From the IMG/VR virus record IMGVR_UViG_3300018083_000030, positions 1-62,649 of that record: a DNA stretch of 62,649 bases, one strand, 5' to 3'. Each line of letters begins with the position of its first letter. Within the stretch, counting starts at the first letter, position 1. The notes beneath the pieces are model-generated. The model saw only the letters and a list, made by a program, of their open reading frames with translations. It had not been told where the DNA came from and made no database searches. The DNA comes from a virus (taxonomy: Duplodnaviria > Caudoviricetes). Positions 54,923 to 62,649 of this stretch are shown here, in pieces. The position numbers and the translations under genes were made by a program.

Positions 54923-55561
54923 TTAGCGACGTCCCTTCGGCTGCGCGCCGCCTTCCGGCAATCCCTGATCCGGCCGGTTGCCGGTGATCGGAATCGGCTG
55001 CGATGCAACCGGGATATACATCCAGCCGTATTGCGGCACATAGGCGAGCACCCAACCCTGGCGGCCGGCACCCGGCAGGGTGTTGTCGACGCCGGGTTGC
55101 GAACCCGGCAAACCCTGATCGGGTCGCGGTTGCGAGCCCGGCAACGTGTTGTCGATGCCCGGCTGATCTCCTGGCAAGCCCTGATCGGGACGGCCACCGC
55201 TACCCGGCAAGCCCTGATCCGGCCGGCCACCCTGACCGGGCAATCCGATATCCGGGTGCACCGGTGCCCACGGCAAGCCGTTGCTCGGATAGACCGGCAA
55301 CGGCGGCAATCCGATATCCGGGTGACCGGGCGCAATAGGCAAGCTGTTGTCGGGACGGCCGCCCATGCCCGGCAGAGTGTTATCGGGCCGGCCACCGAAG
55401 ATCGGCCGCCCATAGCCCGGATCGACTGGCGGCGACCAACCGGGGAGCGAGTTGTCGGGCCGGTTACCGCCCCAGCCGCCACCGGGACGACCGAATCCCG
55501 GATCGACCGGGCCGTCAACGCCGCCGCCAAGCGGGACGATCATTGCAAGAGTCGCTGTCAT
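54923..55561 (-). CDS. Pro/Gly-rich repeat protein (PDNTLP/PDQGLP repeats)
   Basis: AGGAG RBS; more than ten D.(G/T/S)LP units. Confidence 0.7.
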   Translation of the reverse strand: MTATLAMIVPLGGGVDGPVDPGFGRPGGGWGGNRPDNSLPGWSPPVDPGYGRPIFGGRPDNTLPGMGGRPDNSLPIAPGHPDIGLPPLPVYPSNGLPWAPVHPDIGLPGQGGRPDQGLPGSGGRPDQGLPGDQPGIDNTLPGSQPRPDQGLPGSQPGVDNTLPGAGRQGWVLAYVPQYGWMYIPVASQPIPITGNRPDQGLPEGGAQPKGRR

Positions 55562-55589
55562 GGTGTCGTGCTCCTGTTGCTGCTGTGAT

Positions 55590-55892
55590 TCAGTTGATGC
55601 GACGGCCAAGCGTTTCGGGAATCATGATGCTCGGCGTAGGCGCAAGCTCCGCTCCAACCGCCGGCCGTTCAGCTTGGCCGATGACGCGGATCGCCGGAAG
55701 ACCGAACAACAACGCCACGATCATGTAAAGCGCGATTAACGCGACCACTAACAGGTAAAGCCGCTGCACATTCCAATCGATGGGCCATTGCATCCAACGC
55801 GCAAACATCACGATGATTGCCCCGACCAGCACGAGGATGGCCACCACGATGGCCACATTGATCAAGCCCAGAACGAACCCGCTTAGTGACAT
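55590..55892 (-). CDS. Membrane protein, holin candidate
   Basis: Two long hydrophobic helices, near the endolysin. Confidence 0.55.
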   Translation of the reverse strand: MSLSGFVLGLINVAIVVAILVLVGAIIVMFARWMQWPIDWNVQRLYLLVVALIALYMIVALLFGLPAIRVIGQAERPAVGAELAPTPSIMIPETLGRRIN

Positions 55893-55924
55893 GGCTCGAC
55901 TCCCTTATGGTCGTGGTGTCGGCA

Positions 55925-56299
55925 TTAGCGCCAAGGCCGGGTTTCAGCGGATTGAAGCTGAAAGCTCGCAGTGCATTCATGTGGATCCCACGCCAGCGTG
56001 GAGGCCCTCGCTACAATGTGCGCCTTGATAGCGTTGTTCGTCCCAGTTTGCGCCCGCTTGGGCTGACCGGTGCCATCTAATACCCAATTCGCAAACAGCT
56101 TGCTTACTTGTTCATCAAGTGCCTTGTCGATTGCCGCAAGCATGACCGCTCGAATGTGGTCACGCTGTTCTGCGGTCACGCAAACGCTCACCTGTGATTC
56201 CGCAGCACCGCTGGCGACGTTCACCAGCGTGTACGCCAGTGCCACGGCTATCGCTAACGCAACAATCGCCCAAACCCATTCCTTTCCGCGCGTGATCAC
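55925..56299 (-). CDS. Membrane-anchored/periplasmic lysis-module protein
   Basis: GTGA coupling to the endolysin; N-terminal TM helix. Confidence 0.5.
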   Translation of the reverse strand: MITRGKEWVWAIVALAIAVALAYTLVNVASGAAESQVSVCVTAEQRDHIRAVMLAAIDKALDEQVSKLFANWVLDGTGQPKRAQTGTNNAIKAHIVARASTLAWDPHECTASFQLQSAETRPWR

Positions 56300-57852
56300 G
56301 CCGCCGATTCCACGATGCTCTCGACCTCGGCCAAAAGCTCGACCACGTCGCTGCGCAACGTCACCTCTTTTCGAATGATCGGCCCCCAGTGATCCTTGCG
56401 ATTGCGCAGCCCGACGGCGGTGGAGAACACCGCGAACGCGGGGCAGAACTTCGCAAGCCACTGGTACGCGGCCCCCTCACCCTCGCCGACCGTTTCGAGG
56501 TTCGACGCTGTCGGCCAGATGCCCTCGGCGAACACGTGCAGGAATCCGTTGGGATCACTCCAATAGCGGTCGAACAGCGTTTCCATTTCGCCCGACGCCG
56601 ACTCCATGTTCCACGACATTTGAAACAATGCCGATTCGCACGTGTCGGATCCTTGCGAACTCGAGCCGGCCGACTGATCGCGGCCGCAGCTGTAGTCGCC
56701 GGATGACTCACGCATGCCCAGACCTATCAATAAGGTCCACAGCGCGCGCAGCGTTTCCACGCCGCCGGCCTCGACGTCGAGGCCCAGCGATTGCATTTCC
56801 TTGGCGTACCACGCCAGCGCGTCGTCATCTTCGTCGCCGGCACTCGGCTGCGCCATTTCTGCTGCTGCGGAGTGGTCGGCATTGAACGCCGTGATCGCCA
56901 GCGCGTAGCACAGGCACATGCCCGGCAGGTATCCGATGGGCGACTGTCCCCGGCTCGGCCAGGAATAATCTTGCACCGACGAGTCGAGTGCGAGTTGCAC
57001 GACGCGCGTGCCCAGTGCATGCGGCAATCCGTTGGACCCTGCCGCCACCCGCGCGTCGAGCGAGTCGACGGCATCCCACGTGACCGGACCCACAACACCG
57101 TCGGGCTTTAGATCGCAAGCGCGCTGGAACGCGCGCACCTGGGCGTCGGTCGCGGAGCCGAAGTCCCCGTCAGCTGGCAGGCCAAGTGATTCCTGTAGTT
57201 GAACTACATACGCGCCGTCGTCGCCCTTGCCCAGCGTGGGGCGATCCTCTTCGCTTGTCGGCGGCGGGCGCGTCCACGACGGCGGCACGCCTTCGGTTTC
57301 CTCGCCGGCCACCGCTTCGGCGATGGCGTTGCAAATGACGTCAAAATTCTGTCGGTAGATATCGGCGTCGGCGGTCGAATTGACGAAACAGATTTCCAGA
57401 AGCACCGCGACTTCCTGAGTCGCGTTAAGGAACTTCAAATTTCCCGAATGCTTGGGTCCGCGGTTGATCAATCCCGACGCCGCACAGATCGCGTCGACCA
57501 CCGTGTCGGCCACCTCGCTGCCGGCGGTGGATGCATAGAACACCTCGCAACCGACCGGGTTGCTGGTGTGGTCGGAACCATTGAACGTCGCGGAATTGAA
57601 ATGCACCGATATGTCGAGATCATGCGGGCCGGCATCGTTGTGGGCGGCCACGATGCGATTCAAATTCTCGGTCTGGTCGTCGCTCACATTGTCGTGGAAT
57701 GTTTCCACCTCGACGCCCAGCGCGCGCAGCGCCATGGCGGTGGCGTCGACCACCTCGCGGGCTTCGTCCACTTCGTCAAGATACGGCGGAACGGGTGAGC
57801 CTGCGGCCCCCCTGATATAGAGGCCGTGACCGCTCGACATCACGATGCGCAT
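56296..57852 (-). CDS. Modular endolysin: Amidase_3 + PG-binding + second lysozyme-like domain
   Basis: SSGHG..E, ISVHFNS, LLEICFV (amidase); DGDFG..T...VRAFQ...DGVVGP.TW (PG_binding_1); MRESSG...LFQMS. Confidence 0.85.
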   Translation of the reverse strand: MRIVMSSGHGLYIRGAAGSPVPPYLDEVDEAREVVDATAMALRALGVEVETFHDNVSDDQTENLNRIVAAHNDAGPHDLDISVHFNSATFNGSDHTSNPVGCEVFYASTAGSEVADTVVDAICAASGLINRGPKHSGNLKFLNATQEVAVLLEICFVNSTADADIYRQNFDVICNAIAEAVAGEETEGVPPSWTRPPPTSEEDRPTLGKGDDGAYVVQLQESLGLPADGDFGSATDAQVRAFQRACDLKPDGVVGPVTWDAVDSLDARVAAGSNGLPHALGTRVVQLALDSSVQDYSWPSRGQSPIGYLPGMCLCYALAITAFNADHSAAAEMAQPSAGDEDDDALAWYAKEMQSLGLDVEAGGVETLRALWTLLIGLGMRESSGDYSCGRDQSAGSSSQGSDTCESALFQMSWNMESASGEMETLFDRYWSDPNGFLHVFAEGIWPTASNLETVGEGEGAAYQWLAKFCPAFAVFSTAVGLRNRKDHWGPIIRKEVTLRSDVVELLAEVESIVESAA

Positions 57853-58386
57853 CTAGCCCTCGATTAGCGCCCGCTTGGCGGCTCTTGGGCGCTTGGTTAA
57901 CCGCGCCGCCATGTCTTGCATAGCGTCCCTGCTATAGAGCGCCATTTCGCGCCAGACGGTTTGCACGTCTTGCCCGCCGAACAACCCGCCAGCGTCAAGC
58001 ACGACGGTGACCGGATCGTCCCAGCGATACACCGTGCCGTCGGGATATTTCCATGCCGCCATCATCTTGTCCTTGTCGACCGGATCAGGAATCGCGGTGA
58101 TGATGGCGTCGGCGTCGGCTTCGGTCTTGCCGTTGTCGGCCAGCCACATCAAAAATTGCCGATGGCTGACGGCCACAAGCGCCGCCTGCGACGGGTCGGG
58201 CGGCACCGGCGCGACGAATCCACCGGCCTCGGTCCATGTGTAATACGGCTGCACCTCCGGCCCGCATTCAATCCACGTGCCGGGCACGGTGGATCCGAAC
58301 ACTTGGTCGGGCGTCACGTCCATGCCTTCCGGTGGCGTGAACACCTCGGCCACCACGCCGTCGACCACCCGCGCATAATGAGCCAT
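57853..58386 (-). CDS. Tail fibre assembly/chaperone protein
   Basis: YARVVDGVV.E...W.EC...F.AP, follows the fibre gene. Confidence 0.7.
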   Translation of the reverse strand: MAHYARVVDGVVAEVFTPPEGMDVTPDQVFGSTVPGTWIECGPEVQPYYTWTEAGGFVAPVPPDPSQAALVAVSHRQFLMWLADNGKTEADADAIITAIPDPVDKDKMMAAWKYPDGTVYRWDDPVTVVLDAGGLFGGQDVQTVWREMALYSRDAMQDMAARLTKRPRAAKRALIEG

Positions 58387-58397
58387 CGTGCCCTCGC

Positions 58398-59561
58398 TTA
58401 ATCCTGTCGCACGTGCGTGATCTTTACGCGCCCGTTCGCGCCGGCCAGCTGGTAACCGTAGTAATAATTATCACTCTGATTGCCCGATCCGCCGCCGCCC
58501 GGTGGCAAGCCGGCATTGCCTTGCATGGCATACAGCCGGCCGCGTCCGGTGCCGCCGCCGGGCGATCCGCCCAAGCCCCAGAACACTTGGTGCGGGAAGC
58601 CGCCCGAACCGTCGATCATTTCCATGCCGCCGGTGCCGCCCTGGCCGGGCGTCGATCCCACCTCACCGTCGAGGTTGCCGCCACCGCCGCCGACGCATGA
58701 CATCAGCACCGGGCCACTCTGGATCGAAATGCTGGTCGTGCCGCCGGGGAATCCGCGATTGCCGCCGGCCTGATTGCCCTGCCCGCCAACACCCACGATC
58801 AAGTTTAAGATCTGCCCGGTGACCACCCGAAGATAAAGCAAGCCGTACTGCCCGCCGCCGCCACCGCCACCGCCGCCGCTACCGGTGCCAGCTGCACCGC
58901 CGCCGCCCGCGCCCCACGCCTCGATTCCCACATTGGTCACGCCGGTCGGCACCGGCCACGAGGTCGAGCTATTGAAAATCAACACGGTGAGATCGAAAGC
59001 GTCGCCGCCGAATTGCGACGGCACCGGGCCGACGACATAGAACGACCCGCCGTAGAAGATCGCCTCGAATGGTTTCAGCGCATAGAGATCCTGCGGTGCC
59101 AGATTCAGGCCGTCGTTGCGCACCACTGGCACCGGGCCATGGCCGTCGAGATTGACTGTCACCGGGCCGGTGTTGGCCTTCTCCGGCAAGATGCTTAACG
59201 TCATGTAGTTGTTGTAACCGGTCGACGGCGGGTCGAGCGTGGCGGTGAAATTGTTGGGACCGCCGACGAACATTGTGCCGCGTGGCAAGCCGCGCTGAAT
59301 CAAATAGCGCGCCGCCAATTCGAGATTGGTCAAGCGGTTCGGGTTGTAGGCAATCATGGCGCGGTCGACCAGCGCCTCTTGCTCGCTGATCAGTGAGTTG
59401 ACCACCTCCGGCCGCAAGCGCACGTCGCAGCCGTTGCCGTAGTACAGCGCGGCGGTGCCGACCGGTGCGGTGATCGGCGGATATGCGTGCGTCGGGTTCA
59501 GCTGGTCGTTGGGATTCGGTGCCAGCCCGCCATCGGTCGCAGCCGGGAAAATGCCACTCAT
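58398..59561 (-). CDS. Tail fibre 2 (glycine-rich tip)
   Basis: N-terminal baseplate-anchor domain, NTGPVTVNL, W.VP.GVT...WGAGGGG. Confidence 0.75.
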   Translation of the reverse strand: MSGIFPAATDGGLAPNPNDQLNPTHAYPPITAPVGTAALYYGNGCDVRLRPEVVNSLISEQEALVDRAMIAYNPNRLTNLELAARYLIQRGLPRGTMFVGGPNNFTATLDPPSTGYNNYMTLSILPEKANTGPVTVNLDGHGPVPVVRNDGLNLAPQDLYALKPFEAIFYGGSFYVVGPVPSQFGGDAFDLTVLIFNSSTSWPVPTGVTNVGIEAWGAGGGGAAGTGSGGGGGGGGGQYGLLYLRVVTGQILNLIVGVGGQGNQAGGNRGFPGGTTSISIQSGPVLMSCVGGGGGNLDGEVGSTPGQGGTGGMEMIDGSGGFPHQVFWGLGGSPGGGTGRGRLYAMQGNAGLPPGGGGSGNQSDNYYYGYQLAGANGRVKITHVRQD

Positions 59562-61567
59562 GTACGGCCCCCTTGCAGTGCTGCGACCTGCGATTCGAGT
59601 TGATCAATGCGGCGCATCGCATCCTGCAACGCTTGGATCAATGCCGGCACGCATTTGGAATAGTCCACCGACCACGGCATGAACCCGGCTTCGCCCGGCT
59701 CGCCGGTGCCCTTGACGACAGCTTGCGGCAACACCGGCTCGAGTTCCTGCGCCATCAATCCGACGGCGTGGCCGCCGCCATCTTTCCAATCGAACTCCTG
59801 CACCGCCAGCGCGTCGATGATTTCGCGACCGCGCGAAAACGGCGTGTTGTTTTCCTTCAGCCTGATATCGGAGCTTGCCGCATACACGGTTTCGTAGTCG
59901 CTGATTCCAATCACGCCCACCTGGGTGCCGGCGTAGTTGTAAAATCCACACGCATAATTGCCGGCACCGGACCCGCCGGTGGCGGATCGACCCCAGAACG
60001 TAATCCCGACATGACCCCAGTACGTGTTGCATTGCGCTTCGGTGTTGCCGAAGTACGATGCCGCGCCAGCCGATCCGGTATAGGGGCCGATGCCGACGCA
60101 CCCGTCGGTACGGCGGATGGTGAACGGTGTGTTTTGCGTAGCCCCAGCGTCGCTGAATCCGATGATTTGAAAATCATCGCGCGCGGCGTTGCCGATGCCG
60201 CGCATTGACCAGCGCCCGACGGTGCTTTTCTTGAATAGTATTTCGCCGACGTAGGTTGCGCCCGGCGAGTCAACCGCCAGCTGTGCGTTGTTGCCGGCTG
60301 GCGCTTTCAGCGTGAGCGCCGGTGCGGCGAACGTCGCCGTGCCGGTGGCACGTGAGATCAACAGTGGCGTGGTGAGTTGCGAGTCGCCGTCGGAATAGGA
60401 GTCGAGGCGGAAATCGCTGCCGGCGTTGCTGCCGGCCTCGGCCGTGGCGTCGCCCAGCACCAGACGCCACCGCCGCTTGTTGTCGATGCGATTCAACCCG
60501 GTGATGGCGGCATCGTTGCCCGGGTTCTTGTAGATGCGGAACGTCGGTGCAGGGTCGTTGATCCACACGCTTTTGAACGTGGCCACGCCGGATGCGCGGT
60601 CGATCACCAGCGGCGAGTCGATGACGACGCCGGCATCGTCGCAGCGCGTCACCGCATAATTTGCGCCGGCATTGGCCCCGCCTTCCGGTGCGGTGTTCAT
60701 TTCCGCGCGCCATCGGTCGATGCCGTTGCGCTGGTATCCGAACCACGCCGAACCGTTGGCGGCGACCGAATTGACGTTGATGGCCGGCTGGACCTTGGCG
60801 ACCGAAATGTTGCCGGTGAACACGCCCCCGGTTTGCGGCATGTACGATGGGCCGCCGGCCGATATCGGAGTCCAGCCGTTGTTCAGCCGGGCATAGGTTT
60901 GTCCGTCGGTCGGGGCCTCGCCGATCTTGGTGTCGGCATATTGCTTCGGCACCGCCTCGAGCGGCTGCGTCGGATCGCCGTGCAACACCAGCGGCCCCGT
61001 CAGCTGGCCGCCGGTGAGTTGCAACACCTGAGTCCACGCCACGCCCTTGCGACCATAGGCGAACGTATCGTTCGGCGCTTCCGGCATCGCCACCACGATG
61101 GCGTCGACGTAGGCTTTGCTTGCGGCATGCTCCGGCAATGTCGGCGTGACCGGAATGACCAGCGCGCCGGTCATGGTGTCGCCGGCCTTGGCCACTTTGA
61201 GCGCGTCGCCGTCGTCCACGTATTGCTTGGATGCGGCGTGGTTGGGTGCGGTCGGTGCGCCCGGCAGGATGATCGGCCCGGTCACCGCCCCGCCCGCGCT
61301 GTCCAGCTTCTGATCGAATCGGGCCACCAGCGCGTCGCCCAGATTGGTCACCAGATTGGCATTGAATGAGAACCCCAGCCGGTCGACGGCGGCCAACGGC
61401 TCGGACGTGAGCGCGTTCATTTGTGCGTCGGTCAGCATGGTCGAGCAATCGGACGCGACGTAGAACGGCCCGTTGCCGATCACCGTGTGCGCGGGGATGT
61501 AACCGTTGACAACACCCGGCCCCGGCGGAACGCCGCCCATTTCTTCAGGTGGGAAAATTGCCGCCAT
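59558..61567 (-). CDS. Tail fibre 1 with C-terminal peptidase S74 intramolecular chaperone
   Basis: GDTMTG/ASKQYVD shaft repeats; SSDIRLKEN...G.MAQE....P.AV...VDY...LI.ALQ. Confidence 0.85.
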   Translation of the reverse strand: MAAIFPPEEMGGVPPGPGVVNGYIPAHTVIGNGPFYVASDCSTMLTDAQMNALTSEPLAAVDRLGFSFNANLVTNLGDALVARFDQKLDSAGGAVTGPIILPGAPTAPNHAASKQYVDDGDALKVAKAGDTMTGALVIPVTPTLPEHAASKAYVDAIVVAMPEAPNDTFAYGRKGVAWTQVLQLTGGQLTGPLVLHGDPTQPLEAVPKQYADTKIGEAPTDGQTYARLNNGWTPISAGGPSYMPQTGGVFTGNISVAKVQPAINVNSVAANGSAWFGYQRNGIDRWRAEMNTAPEGGANAGANYAVTRCDDAGVVIDSPLVIDRASGVATFKSVWINDPAPTFRIYKNPGNDAAITGLNRIDNKRRWRLVLGDATAEAGSNAGSDFRLDSYSDGDSQLTTPLLISRATGTATFAAPALTLKAPAGNNAQLAVDSPGATYVGEILFKKSTVGRWSMRGIGNAARDDFQIIGFSDAGATQNTPFTIRRTDGCVGIGPYTGSAGAASYFGNTEAQCNTYWGHVGITFWGRSATGGSGAGNYACGFYNYAGTQVGVIGISDYETVYAASSDIRLKENNTPFSRGREIIDALAVQEFDWKDGGGHAVGLMAQELEPVLPQAVVKGTGEPGEAGFMPWSVDYSKCVPALIQALQDAMRRIDQLESQVAALQGGRT

Positions 61568-61657
61568 TCGGTCCCGCCCCGCTTGGTTCGCGCCGGATAC
61601 TAGACTCAAAATGCTTAAAGCGGAAATGCTAAGGATCCCGCCAAGGCCCGGCGGCGT

Positions 61658-62578
61658 CTACATAATGCAATTCGCTTCGTCCCGCTGATAGACACACCAG
61701 AACGCATTGCGCGGCAGAATCTGCGGCAACAGCCACTTAAACGCTTCGTAGTATTCCGGGTCGTGCGGCTGCGGCGACGGCACTGTCGGCAAGTTGCAAT
61801 TGCTCGGCAGGATGCGCTCGCCCGGCCACATCACGATGTTCAATGACAGCAGCGGGTGATAGCACGTCGGCACCATCGGAATGAGTTCGCCCTTGCCTGG
61901 AATCGGGTTGTTGCTGCAATTGACCTTGTCGGGGCAATCCTGCTGATCCCGCGCCATTGTCCACCAGCCGCTCGGGTGCTCGGCCGGACAGTCGAATTGC
62001 CCGGCGTATCGCATCAACATCCGCGCGCCGAACACGCCCGCCAGCTGGGTCAGCGTGTCCCAGTTCATCACCTCGAATTTCAATCGCCAGACGAGGCAAA
62101 TGAGAAACGACAACAGCTGATCGGACCATTGCCCTTCGCATTCGTTGGGAAACGTGATGCCCAGCCGCGCCGCCCAGAGCTTCACCGTCAGCTGCGCCCG
62201 GCACGGGTCAAGCTCCCGTAGCAGCACGCATAACGCCTCGACCGAACCGAATCCGACCGACCCGAAAGCGTCGAGCAAGGCCAGCTGCGGCAACGGCGGA
62301 TCGTCGTCGCACGGGATTGAATCGCCGCAACATCCGCCGACGATAAGTTGCTGGCACCCGACCCGATTGCACCCGATGGCCGTGGCCCCAAGGCTTTGCT
62401 GACCGCTCGACAGTGGCGGCGATGCTTCCTTGGTGATGTTGTAGATCTGCCCTTCCGGTGCGAATGCCCGGATCGCGCAAATGAAAAATTCTTCGTCGAC
62501 GTCGCACGGCGACGGCCCGCAACAGCCGTCCGGCACACGACACTGAATCGTCGGAAGGTCGGGGCCGGATGTGTTCAT
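61658..62578 (-). CDS. Baseplate wedge protein (Mu gp48/YmfQ-like), very Cys-rich
   Basis: PEG, LLRELDP..A..T..LW...LG; lies between baseplate J and the fibres. Confidence 0.7.
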   Translation of the reverse strand: MNTSGPDLPTIQCRVPDGCCGPSPCDVDEEFFICAIRAFAPEGQIYNITKEASPPLSSGQQSLGATAIGCNRVGCQQLIVGGCCGDSIPCDDDPPLPQLALLDAFGSVGFGSVEALCVLLRELDPCRAQLTVKLWAARLGITFPNECEGQWSDQLLSFLICLVWRLKFEVMNWDTLTQLAGVFGARMLMRYAGQFDCPAEHPSGWWTMARDQQDCPDKVNCSNNPIPGKGELIPMVPTCYHPLLSLNIVMWPGERILPSNCNLPTVPSPQPHDPEYYEAFKWLLPQILPRNAFWCVYQRDEANCIM

Positions 62579-62649
62579 GGCCGGCGCGCCAGGGCGAGCG
62601 GCGGTGCGGGCTGGAACGTCGATTCCCTTAGCTCGACGTCTTCGACCAC
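62575..62649 (-). CDS. Probable C-terminus of baseplate J
   Basis: VVEDVELRESTFQPAPPLALARRP* with ATGA overlap onto the gp48-like start. Confidence 0.6.
   Translation of the reverse strand: MVEDVELRESTFQPAPPLALARRP

Overview
The window is a near-complete, circularly permuted genome of a GC-rich, probably temperate tailed phage. The host is most likely an alphaproteobacterium (Hyphomicrobiales-like); this is inferred from gene families and an EcfG-type promoter. The two ends fall inside the same baseplate-J gene. A minus-strand late region (28.6 kb down to 1, continuing from 62.6 kb down to 54.5 kb) encodes terminases, an HK97-type portal/protease/capsid, a Mu-like contractile tail, two tail fibres and a lysis module. 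The mostly plus-strand early region carries a putative DNA-modification cluster, a tyrosine integrase, about 20 small ORFs, a DndB/DGQHR-like protein, a putative iteron origin next to a P4/D5 primase-helicase, a Cro-like gene and YqaJ/Bet recombination genes. The most notable observations are: (1) no recognisable CI repressor, but a palindrome AACCCGTnACGGGTT recurs in four intergenic regions, including upstream of the DGQHR gene, which is followed by a chromosomal-type parS site beside the putative origin; (2) a MuF head protein with a C-terminal JAB/JAMM-like domain; (3) a gp45 central spike fused to a collagen fibre with three repeated putative docking modules; (4) unusually Cys-rich virion proteins; (5) one ~75-aa domain inserted into both the tail sheath and a capsid-decoration paralog. 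All family assignments come from reading motifs and synteny by eye; no database search was run.
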